Of a DNA stretch of 32,000 nt, positions 1 through 12,219 are shown piece after piece. How positions within the stretch are numbered: the first letter of the stretch is position 1; the number at the start of each line of letters is the position of its first letter. Source of the stretch: Pseudomonas aeruginosa. GTDB taxonomy: Bacteria > Pseudomonadota > Gammaproteobacteria > Pseudomonadales > Pseudomonadaceae. The notes under the pieces are model-generated. The model did no database searches and was not told the DNA's origin. It was given only the letters and a program-made list of their open reading frames with translations. Location: contig NZ_LN831024.1 of the NCBI RefSeq assembly GCF_001457615.1, positions 4,500,001 to 4,532,000 on the forward strand. Direction: 5' to 3'. The translations under genes were made by a program, and so were the position numbers.

Positions 1-1210
1 TTTCCTTGTTCCACTCCGCGCCCACCGTCAGCACCTGCTCGAACAACGCATGCAACGGAAGGTTGAGTTCGCCGCTGAGGCGATAGTTCTCCAGCTTGCT
101 GGTGCTGAACGAACGGTCGGCGCCGATCTGCCCCTCGACGGAACCGGCCAGCCCCTCCTCCAGACGGTTGTTGCGGGTGGAGTCGTACTGGGCGACGAAC
201 CTGGAAGTACCGAACGACCAGGTCCCGTTGTGGGTGATGGCGTAGTTCTCGCGATACATGCGGTTGGTCTCCGCACCGTCGTCGGCGAGTCCCTGGGTAT
301 TGGCGGTGCCGTTGTTGTTCTGGGTATCGCCGGCATAGATGTTGCCCTGTCGGCTGAAGCCCGCTTCGAAATCGACGACCTGGTCGGGGGTCACCTGCCA
401 CGACAGCATCCCGCTGAGATCGCGATTGCGTACCCCTTCGCGTCCGGCCACGGTACGGCTCGGGTTGACGGTATGTCCGAGGTTGATGTCGGTATCGTCC
501 GAATCGGTCTTGTTCGCGCTGCCGTACGCGCGGAAGCTCAAGGCTTCGGTCAGCGGCCCGCTGAGGCTGAAGTTGGCGCGGCGCGTGGCGCCATCCTTGG
601 AGCTTTCCGGAATGTTGGTGAACACCGTCATGGAACCACGCAAACGATCGGTCGGGCGCTTGGTGATGATGTTGACTACCCCGCCCGCCGCGCCGGAACC
701 GTAGCGTGCCGCCGCGGGCCCACGGAGGACCTCGATGCGCTCGACCTCCTCCGGCGGCACCCAGTTGCTGTCGCCGCGGGTGTCGCGTTCGCCGCGCCAG
801 CCGTAGCGCACCGAGTTGCGCGAGCTGACCGGTTTGCCGTCGACCAGGATCAGGGTGTTCTCCGGCCCCATGCCGCGGATGTCGATCTGCCGGTTGTTGC
901 CGCGCTGGCCGCTGGAACTGTTGCCGGTGAGGTTGACCCCGGGCATGGTGCGGATGATCTCGGAGAGATCGTTCACCGGCGGGCGCTTCCTGATGTCCTC
1001 GGCGGTGATGATGGATACCCCCGGTGCCTGCTTGAGCTCCTGTTCGGCGGTGCCCAGCACCACCTCGTCACCCAGCTGGACCACCGATTCGGCGCGTTCG
1101 TCCAGTTCTTCCAGGCGCTCGTCCTCGGCCAGGGCCTGCCCGCCCAGCAGGCTCGATGAAGCGAAAAGGACGGCAGCGGCGAGATGGCCGCGACGGAATT
1201 GGGGGTACAT
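1..1210 (-). CDS. pirA: TonB-dependent ferric-siderophore (enterobactin-type) receptor PirA, 3' end cut by window edge
   Basis: Reverse-strand reading from ATG at 1210: MYPQFRRGHLAAVLFASSSLLGGQALAEDE... with signal peptide, TonB-box-like region, plug domain (NDLSEIIRTMPGVNLTG..NNRQIDIRGMGPENTLILVDGKPV..RNSVRYGWRGERDTRGD..NWVPPEEVERIEVLRGPAAARYGSGAAGGVVNIITKR). Not in the supplied ORF track because it runs off the edge. The track's 50..1159 + ORF is its shadow. Confidence 0.93.
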   Translation of the reverse strand, partial: MYPQFRRGHLAAAVLFASSSLLGGQALAEDERLEELDERAESVVQLGDEVVLGTAEQELKQAPGVSIITAEDIRKRPPVNDLSEIIRTMPGVNLTGNSSSGQRGNNRQIDIRGMGPENTLILVDGKPVSSRNSVRYGWRGERDTRGDSNWVPPEEVERIEVLRGPAAARYGSGAAGGVVNIITKRPTDRLRGSMTVFTNIPESSKDGATRRANFSLSGPLTEALSFRAYGSANKTDSDDTDINLGHTVNPSRTVAGREGVRNRDLSGMLSWQVTPDQVVDFEAGFSRQGNIYAGDTQNNNGTANTQGLADDGAETNRMYRENYAITHNGTWSFGTSRFVAQYDSTRNNRLEEGLAGSVEGQIGADRSFSTSKLENYRLSGELNLPLHALFEQVLTVGAEWNKE

Positions 1211-1370
1211 GCGTGACTACTCCTGTCGAGGGAAAACGGGTAGCAGGCGAGCCACGAGGGATACGTTGACGTTTTTTCTGAAGCCTGGGTCGCCGGCGTT
1301 GCGCGGGTGACGTCTCGGCACGGGTAGGACAGGGCGCAGACCCGGAACAAGGCCGGCCGAGGAGATCGGC

Positions 1371-1389
1371 ACGGATGATAATCATTAAC
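1371..1389. promoter_or_regulatory. Putative Fur box upstream of pirA
   Basis: ACGGATGATAATCATTAAC matches the 19-bp Fur consensus GATAATGATAATCATTATC at 14/19, with a contiguous TGATAATCATTA core, about 160 bp upstream of pirA. Confidence 0.7.
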
Positions 1390-1445
1390 AAAAGAGAGTA
1401 AAGATCATTTACATCCAGGCCAAATGTAAAGGTACCTGCGCCTCG

Positions 1446-2786
1446 CTAGGCAGAAGGCAGCACCAGGCACAGGCGCAGCCCCGGATCGGCGGCTTCCGCC
1501 CATAGGCGGCCGCCCTGGAGCACCACGGCGCGACGGGCAATGCTCAGTCCCAGGCCGAAGCCCTTGCCGGTACGTGCCGAAGACAGCCGGGTGAACGGGC
1601 GGAAGATGGTCTCCAACTGGTGCTCGGCCACACCCTCGCCCTGGTCTTCCAGGCAAAGCCACCAGCAACTTCCTTCGCGCCGACCATGCAGGCGGATCAC
1701 GCCGCCTTCCGGCGAATGCCGGATGGCGTTGCGCAGCAGGTTCTCCAGGGCCTGGGCAAGTGCATTGAGGTTGCCACGCACGACACAATCCTCGGGCAGA
1801 GCGCTGCGGAACCGCTCGGCGGCCCAGCCGCTTTCGAAGCGTGCGTTCTCCACCAGCAGGTCCCATAACGCCGGGATGGAAATGTCCTCCAGCGCCAATA
1901 CCGGGCGTTCGGTGTCCATCCAGGCCAGCTCCAGGGTGTTGTCCACCAGTTGCTGCATGCCCCGTACCTCCTGCTCCAGGCGCTCGCGCAGGAGCTGCGC
2001 GGACAGCGTGCCCTCTGCCGCCACCTGCAGGCGCGCCAGCGGCGTGCGCAGCTCGTGGGAGAGATCGCGGAGCAGTTGGCGCTGCAACACCATGTGCTCG
2101 TCGAGTCGCTCGGCCATATGGTCGAACGCCCGCCCCAGATCGCCCAGCTCGTCGCTGCGCCGGCTGATCTCTGCCTGCGTACGCGCCGTCAGGTCGTTGC
2201 CGCGCAGGGCATTGGCCTGCGCTCGCAGGCGTCCCAGCGGCACTATCCAGCGCCGATACAGCAACACTCCCAGCAGCAGGGCCAGCCCGGCCGGCACCAG
2301 GCCATGGGTGACCAGGCGCTTGGCCGGCGACAAGCCGGGAGGGACGAACTCGGCGGGAAGACGCAGGACCACCCGGCCTTGCTCCGGATGTTCGGGGAAG
2401 CGCAGGCTGATGAACGGCCGCGACAACGAGCGGGAGCTCATCGGCCAGTCGACGCCCCGCAGGAAAGTCAGGCGCTCGGCTTCCTCCGTGGTGAGCGGAC
2501 GACTGCCCAGCGATTGCAGCCGTCCGTCGAGCACGACCACCCAGTCCAGCGCCCGCTGGCGCGGCTCGGCCAGCCAACGGTCGATGCCCTCGCGGCCATC
2601 GTCGAGCCAGGCACGTTCGGCTCGCCGCGCATAATCCGCCAAGGCGGAGCGGGCTTCGGCGGACAGGTAGTAACCCTTCAGTTCGGCACTGCGTCCCCAG
2701 GTCCAGGACAGCCATACCGATAGCAGGAAGAACGCCACCAGCACCAGGGCCAGGCGCCAGAACAGCGAATGGCGGTTGGGCATCAT
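1446..2786 (-). CDS. pirS: Sensor histidine kinase PirS (HAMP, HisKA, HATPase)
   Basis: 446 aa, MMPNRHSLFWRLALVLVAFFLLSVWLSW..., H-box LLRDLSHELRTPLARL, N-box ALENLLRNAIRHSPEGG, G-boxes EDQGEGV and GFGLGLSIARR. Start codon overlaps the pirR stop (ATGA type). Confidence 0.9.
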   Translation of the reverse strand: MMPNRHSLFWRLALVLVAFFLLSVWLSWTWGRSAELKGYYLSAEARSALADYARRAERAWLDDGREGIDRWLAEPRQRALDWVVVLDGRLQSLGSRPLTTEEAERLTFLRGVDWPMSSRSLSRPFISLRFPEHPEQGRVVLRLPAEFVPPGLSPAKRLVTHGLVPAGLALLLGVLLYRRWIVPLGRLRAQANALRGNDLTARTQAEISRRSDELGDLGRAFDHMAERLDEHMVLQRQLLRDLSHELRTPLARLQVAAEGTLSAQLLRERLEQEVRGMQQLVDNTLELAWMDTERPVLALEDISIPALWDLLVENARFESGWAAERFRSALPEDCVVRGNLNALAQALENLLRNAIRHSPEGGVIRLHGRREGSCWWLCLEDQGEGVAEHQLETIFRPFTRLSSARTGKGFGLGLSIARRAVVLQGGRLWAEAADPGLRLCLVLPSA

Positions 2787-3501
2787 GGCGCCGGTGTCAG
2801 GACGTAACCCTTGCCCCAGACGGTATGCAACTGGTGACCGGCGTAACCGAGGCGTTGCAGCTTGCGCCGCAGGTGACTGACGTGCATGTCCAGGCTGCGA
2901 TCATGCTGGGTATGACCGCGGTGCAGGACATGCTGGTAAAGGAAGGCCTTGGTCAGGGTCTCGCCTTCCGCGGCGAGGAAGGTTTCCAGCAGGCGGTATT
3001 CGGTCGGCGTCAGGCCGGCGAACCGCTCGCCAAGGCCGACATCGCAGACATCGGCAGAGAATTGCAGCGAGGGCCGCGCCAGCGGTTCGGCGCAGCGGCC
3101 CGGCGCGCCCCCCGCTCCAGGGCGATCCGACGCAGGATGGCATCGATGCGTACCCGCAGCTCGGCCAGGCTGAAAGGCTTCGGCAGATAATCGTCGGCGC
3201 CCTGGCTGAACCCGGCGATGCGGTCCTGCTCGGCGCCCAGGGCTGACATCAGGATCACCGGCAGCGCCTGCTCCTGGCGGAGTTGGCGAAGAATCTCGAG
3301 GCCATCGCGCCCGGGCAGCATGATGTCCATCAGGATCAGGTCATAGCCGCCGCTGCGCGCAGCCGCCAACCCCTCTTCCCCGTCTCGGCACCAGGTCACC
3401 TCGAAACCGCTGCCATTGAGGTGCTGGAACAGATGTGCGCCCAGTGTCGGATCGTCCTCGATGGCCAGCAGTCGGGGGTCGGGCGTCAGGGATGGGAACA
3501 T
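2783..3501 (-). pseudogene. pirR: OmpR-family response regulator PirR, interrupted by a 1-nt frameshift as sequenced
   Basis: Receiver domain MFPSLTPDPRLLAIEDDPTLGAHLFQHL...LILMDIMLPGRDGLEILRQLRQ...DDYLPKPFSLAELRVRIDAILRRIALERG is in one frame. The winged-helix domain EPLARPSLQFSADV...FAGLTPTEYRLLETFLAAEGETLTKAFLYQHVLHRGHTQHDRSLDMHVSHLRRKLQRLGYAGHQLHTVWGKGYVLTPAP* is in another. The frames are joined by one extra base in the C6 tract at 3108-3113. Confidence 0.85.
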
Positions 3502-3686
3502 GGCAGCCAAATAAGATTGATTAGCAATCGTGCCAGTATTCACGATCTTTCCGCTTCGTCGCAAGCCGAATCCGCCGGGCTGCGCACATCGGTGCAGATT
3601 CCCCTTCCGCGACCCGCTAAACTGCGCGGGGTAAACGTATGGCCGGGGAGCGTCGGCCATCCCGATCTGGCTCGACGGAGAGACGT

Positions 3687-6464
<2,778 letters not shown>

Positions 6465-6466
6465 CC

Positions 6467-7456
6467 ATGCGCATCCTGTTCTTCAGCACCCAGGCCTACG
6501 ACAGCGAGAGCTTCCAGGCCAGCAACCACCGGCACGGCTTCGAACTGCACTTCCAGCAGGCCCACCTGCAGGCGGACACGGCGGTCCTCGCCCAGGGCTT
6601 CGAAGTAGTCTGCGCCTTCGTCAACGACGACCTCTCGCGGCCGGTGCTGGAACGCCTGGCCGCTGGCGGCACGCGCCTGGTCGCCCTGCGCTCGGCCGGC
6701 TACAACCACGTCGACCTGGCCGCCGCCGAAGCGCTCGGCCTGCCGGTGGTGCACGTCCCGGCCTATTCGCCGCACGCTGTCGCCGAGCACGCGGTCGGCC
6801 TGATCCTGACGCTCAACCGGCGCCTGCACCGCGCCTACAACCGGACCCGCGAGGGCGATTTCTCGCTGCATGGGCTGACCGGCTTCGACCTCCACGGCAA
6901 ACGCGTCGGAGTGATCGGCACCGGACAGATCGGCGAGACCTTCGCCCGCATCATGGCCGGCTTCGGCTGCGAGCTGCTGGCCTACGATCCCTATCCCAAT
7001 CCGCGCATCCAAGCGCTCGGCGGCCGCTACCTGGCGCTCGACGCCCTGCTCGCCGAGTCCGACATCGTCAGCCTGCATTGCCCGCTGACCGCCGACACCC
7101 GCCACCTCATCGACGCGCAGCGCCTGGCGACGATGAAACCCGGCGCGATGCTGATCAATACCGGCCGTGGCGCCCTGGTGAACGCCGCGGCGCTGATCGA
7201 GGCGCTGAAGAGCGGACAACTGGGCTACCTCGGCCTCGATGTCTATGAAGAGGAAGCGGATATCTTTTTCGAGGATCGCTCCGACCAGCCCCTGCAGGAT
7301 GACGTGCTGGCACGCCTGCTGAGCTTCCCCAACGTGGTGGTGACCGCCCACCAGGCCTTCCTTACCCGCGAGGCCCTGGCGGCGATCGCCGACACCACCC
7401 TGGACAACATCGCCGCCTGGCAGGACGGGACGCCACGCAATCGGGTCCGGGCCTGA
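6467..7456 (+). CDS. ldhA: D-lactate dehydrogenase (fermentative)
   Basis: 329 aa, [17 protein letters not shown]..., D-2-hydroxyacid dehydrogenase motifs [55 protein letters not shown]. Starts 2 nt after the gacS stop. Confidence 0.94.
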   Translation: MRILFFSTQAYDSESFQASNHRHGFELHFQQAHLQADTAVLAQGFEVVCAFVNDDLSRPVLERLAAGGTRLVALRSAGYNHVDLAAAEALGLPVVHVPAYSPHAVAEHAVGLILTLNRRLHRAYNRTREGDFSLHGLTGFDLHGKRVGVIGTGQIGETFARIMAGFGCELLAYDPYPNPRIQALGGRYLALDALLAESDIVSLHCPLTADTRHLIDAQRLATMKPGAMLINTGRGALVNAAALIEALKSGQLGYLGLDVYEEEADIFFEDRSDQPLQDDVLARLLSFPNVVVTAHQAFLTREALAAIADTTLDNIAAWQDGTPRNRVRA

Positions 7457-7491
7457 TGGCGTGGTAGCATGCGCGGCTGATTGGAGGCTCC

Positions 7492-7917
7492 ATGGCTGAA
7501 CACGATTTCCGTTACACCCTGCTCAACCCGCAATACACCCTCAACGAATGCCGCGCGCTCTCCCCGGGGCGCTACCAGGTCACCGGCACCGGCGGCTCGA
7601 TCAAGGCCGACGACGTGCTGCTGGTCAGCCTCAAGGGCAGCAAGACCCTGAGCATGCGCCTGACCGTGGAAAAGGTTCGCCACCTGATCAACCCACCCGG
7701 CCAGTGGCTGGCGGTCGCCCGCGGCCCGGCATTCCGCGAACTGGCGATCCATACCTGGCAGGTCGACTGCGACCAGTGCCAGGCTCGTCTCGACTTCGAG
7801 TTCGCCGTGGACGCCAGTCTCGGTCGCAAGGCCCTGGCGCCGGCCGCCGAAGAGCGCATTCACGAACTGGGCTGGAGCAGCCGCGAAGGCAAGCACCTGT
7901 GCCCGAAATGCCAGTAG
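7492..7917 (+). CDS. Conserved hypothetical protein with two CxxC pairs
   Basis: 141 aa, MAEHDFRYTLLNPQYTLNECRALSPGRYQVTGTGGSI...; CDQC and CPKC near the C terminus; matches the position of PA0926. Confidence 0.75.
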   Translation: MAEHDFRYTLLNPQYTLNECRALSPGRYQVTGTGGSIKADDVLLVSLKGSKTLSMRLTVEKVRHLINPPGQWLAVARGPAFRELAIHTWQVDCDQCQARLDFEFAVDASLGRKALAPAAEERIHELGWSSREGKHLCPKCQ

Positions 7918-7984
7918 GGCGAACGCTCCGTCCGACCGACGGTCTGTGAACTATCGCCCGTACGAAATGCGCAAAGGAAACGCC

Positions 7985-8392
7985 ATGAAACCCTCTCTCG
8001 CCCTCTTCGCCTCCACCGCCCTGGTCCTGGGCGGTTGCGCCAGCCAGGAGACCACCCTGGAAACCGAGCAGGCCTACCAGGTCGACTGGGTCGGCGCACA
8101 ACCGACGATGGACTACAGCCACATCAGCCTGACCTTCGACGGCCAGGGCCGCGCCTTCGGCAATGGCGGCTGCAACCACTGGTTCGCCAGCTACACCCTG
8201 CAGGACGACCTCCTTCAGTTCGGCGCCATCGGCAGCACCCGCCGCCTGTGCGCAGCGGAGATCATGGAGCAGGAACGGCGCTTCCTGGCCCTGCTGCAGA
8301 GCGTCCAGCACTGGGACATTTCGCCGTCCGACGAGCTGCGCCTGTGGCCGGCCGAAGGCAAGCCGCTGCGCCTGGTTCCCGAGCACGACTGA
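7985..8392 (+). CDS. META/HslJ-like domain lipoprotein
   Basis: MKPSLALFASTALVLGGCASQETT (lipobox LGGC), then YSHISLTFDGQGRAFGNGGCNHWFASYTL...FGAIGSTRRLCAAEIMEQERRFLALLQ, typical of META domains. Confidence 0.85.
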   Translation: MKPSLALFASTALVLGGCASQETTLETEQAYQVDWVGAQPTMDYSHISLTFDGQGRAFGNGGCNHWFASYTLQDDLLQFGAIGSTRRLCAAEIMEQERRFLALLQSVQHWDISPSDELRLWPAEGKPLRLVPEHD

Positions 8393-8456
8393 AGCCTGAA
8401 GCGGCGCTACCCGGCGCCGCCCGTTTACATTTTTTTGACATCCATTTCATTCCCGC

Positions 8457-10433
8457 TTGACCACCACGTCCCTAGGCTTCCGCATCCTCGCCCGGAGACG
8501 CTTGATGTTCGCCCCACCCAGCACCGAGACACTCAACCGCTTCTTTCTGTTGTCGTGGCTGGTGGTGCTCTGGCAGGTGCTGCGCCTGCAGGACGGGATC
8601 GTCTTCGACGACGCCTGGCTGCCGCTCTGGAGCGTCGCTGCCAGCCTGAGCTACGCCTTCCTTTATATAGTCCCGGTGTACCTCGCCTGCCGACTGCTCC
8701 TGCATTTCCATGATCGCCTTCCCGTGCGCCTCAGTCCGTGGCTGGCAGGCATGCTGGCCATCGTCGGCAGCGCGGCGGTACAGATACTGCTCTACGCCGA
8801 CCGCACCCTCTACGACCTGTACGGATTCCACCTCAACGGTTTCAGCATCGGCCTGCTGGTCTCGCCCGGCGGCCTCTCCAGCCTCGGCAGCGGCGACGGC
8901 ACCCTGCTCAGCGCAAGCCTGGCGGCCCTGGCCCTGCTCTGCCTGCAGGTGCTGCTGTACAGCGCCTGCCAGGTCAGCCGCGAACGCCTTCCCGCGCTCC
9001 CTCGGCGCGCCTGGCGCTACCTGTTGGCGGCCTTCCTCTGCCTGGCCCTGGGCGAACGCCTGGTCTATGCGTTCAGCTCCCTGCGCGACTACCGGCCGAT
9101 CCTGCTGGCCAGCGAACGCTATCCGCTTTACCTGCCATTGACCGTCCGCAGCCTGGCGCGAAGCCTGGGCATCCAGCCGACGCCCACCCAGCGCGAGCTG
9201 CTCCAGCAGCAGAGCGACCTGCACTATCCTCTCCGGCCGCTGGAGATCAGCGCCCCGGCGCACCCATTGAACATCGTCTGGATCGTCGCCGAGTCGCTCC
9301 GCGGGGACATGCTCGATCCGCGCTACATGCCCAGGCTGTGGGACTTCTCCAACCGGGCGATCCGCCTGGACAACCACTACAGCAGCGGCAACCTGACCCA
9401 GATGGGCGTCTTCGGCATGTTCTACGGGCTGCACGGCGGCTACTGGGACGCCGTGCTGAAGGCCGGCCAGCCGCCGGTGCTCATGGAGGTACTCAGGCAG
9501 CAGAACTACCAGTTCCGGATCAATGCCGCGCAACGTTTCAGCTATCCGCCCTTCGACCGCAGCGTGTTCGTCAACCTGCGCCCCCAGGACCTGCACGTGC
9601 TGGATAGCCCGGAGCCTGCCTGGCAGCGCGACGCCCGGAACACCGACGACCTGCTGCGCTTCGTCGATCGCCGACTACCCGACCGGCCGTTCTTCGCCTG
9701 CCTGTTCCTCGAGTCGAGCCACGCCAACTACAGCTTCCGCGACGAGACCGCGAAAATCCGCCCCTATCTGGTCAACTTCAACTACCTGACCACCGATTTC
9801 CAGGCGCAGATGCCGCTGATCAAGAACCGCTACCTGAATGCCGTGCGTGAAGTCGATACACAGATCGGCCGCCTGCTGCAGCACCTGGAAAACCAGCACC
9901 TGCTGGAAAACACCGCGGTAGTGGTGCTCGGCGACCATGGGGAAGAGTTCATGGAACGCTCGCGCTGGGGCCACAATACCGAGTTCAATCGCTACCAGAC
10001 CGGCACCGTCGCCGTGCTGAGCATTCCCGGACAGGCGCCCCGTGCCGTCCGCAGCATCACCAGCCACATCGACCTGCCCGCAACGCTCCTGCCGCTGCTG
10101 GGCGTACGCAATCCGCCCCGCGACTACTCGCTGGGACAGGACCTGCTCGCAGCGGACTACCATCGCGACTATGCGGTGAGCGCCGATACCACGCGCATCG
10201 CCTACCTGGGCGAAGGCTTCAAGGTGAGCTTCCCACTGCGTGGCGCGGACCGTCACCACGGTCCGGTGAGCGATGGCGACGACCGCCCGCTCGACGTGGA
10301 ACAACAGGAAGCCATACGCGGCCCACTCCGTGCAGCACGCCTGGAACTGCTGCAGGATCTCGGCCGCTTCAGCGCCTTGCCGGTAGGGGAAGAGCCGTCG
10401 CCGCGGAGCCTCGCGACTTCGTTGAGGCCATGA
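8457..10433 (+). CDS. Inner-membrane sulfatase/alkaline-phosphatase-fold protein (YejM / LTA-synthase-like)
   Basis: Up to 658 aa from TTG at 8457; an ATG start at 8505 (MFAPPSTETLNRFF) is also possible. N-terminal TM helices, periplasmic domain NIVWIVAESLRGDML...NRAIRLDNHYSSGNLTQMGVFGMFYG, TAVVVLGDHGEEF. Confidence 0.8.
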   Translation: MTTTSLGFRILARRRLMFAPPSTETLNRFFLLSWLVVLWQVLRLQDGIVFDDAWLPLWSVAASLSYAFLYIVPVYLACRLLLHFHDRLPVRLSPWLAGMLAIVGSAAVQILLYADRTLYDLYGFHLNGFSIGLLVSPGGLSSLGSGDGTLLSASLAALALLCLQVLLYSACQVSRERLPALPRRAWRYLLAAFLCLALGERLVYAFSSLRDYRPILLASERYPLYLPLTVRSLARSLGIQPTPTQRELLQQQSDLHYPLRPLEISAPAHPLNIVWIVAESLRGDMLDPRYMPRLWDFSNRAIRLDNHYSSGNLTQMGVFGMFYGLHGGYWDAVLKAGQPPVLMEVLRQQNYQFRINAAQRFSYPPFDRSVFVNLRPQDLHVLDSPEPAWQRDARNTDDLLRFVDRRLPDRPFFACLFLESSHANYSFRDETAKIRPYLVNFNYLTTDFQAQMPLIKNRYLNAVREVDTQIGRLLQHLENQHLLENTAVVVLGDHGEEFMERSRWGHNTEFNRYQTGTVAVLSIPGQAPRAVRSITSHIDLPATLLPLLGVRNPPRDYSLGQDLLAADYHRDYAVSADTTRIAYLGEGFKVSFPLRGADRHHGPVSDGDDRPLDVEQQEAIRGPLRAARLELLQDLGRFSALPVGEEPSPRSLATSLRP

Positions 10434-10439
10434 GGAGCA

Positions 10440-11489
10440 TCAGAACAGCCTGAGTTGTTCGTGGGCGCCCTGCAGGTCGAGCAGGCGCACGCCGACGCCG
10501 ATCAGGCGCACCGGACGATTGCCACGGGCAAAGGCCTGGCCGAGCAATTGCCGGTAGCTCTCCAGGTCGCGCCCGGCGCCGGACTGTTCCACTGTGGTCT
10601 GGGTGAAATCGTGAAACTTCAGTTTCACGAACGGCTTGTCCGGCCGATAACTGCCATCCAGGCGTTGCAGGCGTCCGTCCAGCTCCTCGAGCAGGGTCGG
10701 CAGTTCCTCCAGGCAAGCCGCCAGGTCCGGCAGGTCGCGATCGAAGGTACATTCGACGCTCACCGACTGGCGCCGGCTGTCGACTTCCACCGGTCGCTCG
10801 TCGATACCATGGGCCAGTCCCCACAGGCGTTCGCCGAAGCTGCCGAACTCGCGCACCAGGCTCAGCTTGCTGCCCTGGCGCAGGTCGGCGCAGGTGCGGA
10901 TGCCCATCCGCGCCAGGCGCTCCGCCGTGACCTTGCCGACGCCATGCAACTTGGCCACCGGCAACTCGGCGACGAACCCGTCGACCTGCTCCGGGGTAAT
11001 CACGAACAGCCCGTCCGGCTTGCGCCAGTCGCTGGCGATCTTGGCCAGGAACTTGTTCGGCGCGACGCCCGCCGAAACGGTGATGTGCAGCTCCTCGGCC
11101 ACCCGGCGGCGGATGTCCTGGGCAATCCGCGTGGCGCTACCGGCGAAATGCGGCGAAGCGCTGACGTCCAGGTAGGCCTCGTCCAGCGAAAGCGGCTCGA
11201 TCAGATCGGTATAATCGCGGAAGATCGCATGGATCTGCTTCGACACCGCCCGGTAGACATCGAAACGCGGGCGCACCACCAGCAGATCGGGACACAGCTT
11301 GAGCGCCGTGCGCATGGCCATCGCCGAGCGCACGCCATAGGCTCGCGCCTCGTAGCTGCAAGTGGCGACCACTCCACGCTTGTCCGGCGAACCGCCAACC
11401 GCCAGCGCCTTGCCGCGCAGGCTGGGGTCGTCGCGCATCTCGAGGGCGGCATAGAAACAGTCGCAGTCTATATGGATGATTTTCCGCAC
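10440..11489 (-). CDS. dinB: DNA polymerase IV
   Basis: 349 aa, MRKIIHIDCDCFYAALEMRDDPSLRGKALAVGG..., SLDEAYLDV, GVAPNKFLAKIASDWRKPDG. Confidence 0.95.
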   Translation of the reverse strand: MRKIIHIDCDCFYAALEMRDDPSLRGKALAVGGSPDKRGVVATCSYEARAYGVRSAMAMRTALKLCPDLLVVRPRFDVYRAVSKQIHAIFRDYTDLIEPLSLDEAYLDVSASPHFAGSATRIAQDIRRRVAEELHITVSAGVAPNKFLAKIASDWRKPDGLFVITPEQVDGFVAELPVAKLHGVGKVTAERLARMGIRTCADLRQGSKLSLVREFGSFGERLWGLAHGIDERPVEVDSRRQSVSVECTFDRDLPDLAACLEELPTLLEELDGRLQRLDGSYRPDKPFVKLKFHDFTQTTVEQSGAGRDLESYRQLLGQAFARGNRPVRLIGVGVRLLDLQGAHEQLRLF

Positions 11490-11594
11490 CGGAATCTCGC
11501 TACAAGCCCCGCCGGGCCTGCCCCGGAGCGCTGAATTCTAACATTGGGCAAGCGCTAAGCATTTGAAGAAAAAACACTTTTTTCGAAAAATCGA

Positions 11595-11622
11595 TTGACA
11601 GCCCGACGAGAGTCCGTAGAAT
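11595..11622 (+). promoter_or_regulatory. Sigma70-type promoter for tRNA-fMet
   Basis: TTGACA (11595-11600), 16-nt spacer, TAGAAT (11617-11622), 13 nt before the tRNA 5' end. Confidence 0.7.
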
Positions 11623-11635
11623 GCGCCCACACAGA

Positions 11636-11712
<77 letters not shown>

Positions 11713-11720
11713 CATTCGAA

Positions 11721-11755
11721 AAGCCCCGGCACTAGCGATAGCGCCGGGGCTTTTT
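11721..11755 (+). terminator. Intrinsic terminator after tRNA-fMet
   Basis: AAGCCCCGGC...GCCGGGGCTTTTT. Confidence 0.85.
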
Positions 11756-11890
11756 GCATTCCGCCCCTCCTGTTCTACTGCATCGCCTCGCCCTCCGTTC
11801 GCTCGCATCATCGCACATTTAACTGTATATTCGTACAGCCAGCTCAGCCTTCGATGAATGCTCGGTAACGGATACGGAAAGGACAGACAG

Positions 11891-12205
11891 ATGCTGAACG
11901 TCGAACAATTGAAGCGCAGCGTGAACCGGATGGAACTCGACGACATCCGCCAGGCAGTGGACGAACTGCAGATGGACGGCCTGGTCACCGACGGCAAGAC
12001 GCCGTTCACCCGCGTGCACTTCAACACCTGCTTCGCCGAGATCGAGGCGCTGTTCCAGCGCGCCGGCTTCCACCGGCCGCTCGATGTGGTCGGCTACCAG
12101 GGCGAGATCTATGCGTTGTACGACCCCTCTCGCTGGGAGGCCGTGGAAGTGCTGCGCTGGTTGAAGGAATACCGCGAGGAATCGCGTCACCTGACTCCGG
12201 CGTGA
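11891..12205 (+). CDS. Conserved hypothetical protein (PA0922 position)
   Basis: MLNVEQLKRSVNRMELDDIRQAVDELQMDGLVTDGKTPFTRVHFNTCFAEIEALFQRAGFHRPLDVVGYQGEIYALYDPSRWEAVEVLRWLKEYREESRHLTPA. Confidence 0.75.
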   Translation: MLNVEQLKRSVNRMELDDIRQAVDELQMDGLVTDGKTPFTRVHFNTCFAEIEALFQRAGFHRPLDVVGYQGEIYALYDPSRWEAVEVLRWLKEYREESRHLTPA

Positions 12206-12219
12206 GCGCAATGCCTGCG

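Noticed and set aside
50-1159. 369-aa plus-strand ORF opposite pirA
   Set aside because: Antisense shadow of the TonB-dependent receptor; high-GC codon bias creates long open frames. The protein has no recognisable domain.
3010-3660. Track ORF of 216 aa taken at face value as an unusual regulator
   Set aside because: Its C-terminal tail is out-of-frame sequence after the C6 tract and its N terminus extends upstream of the likely ATG at 3501; it is the receiver half of a frameshifted PirR.
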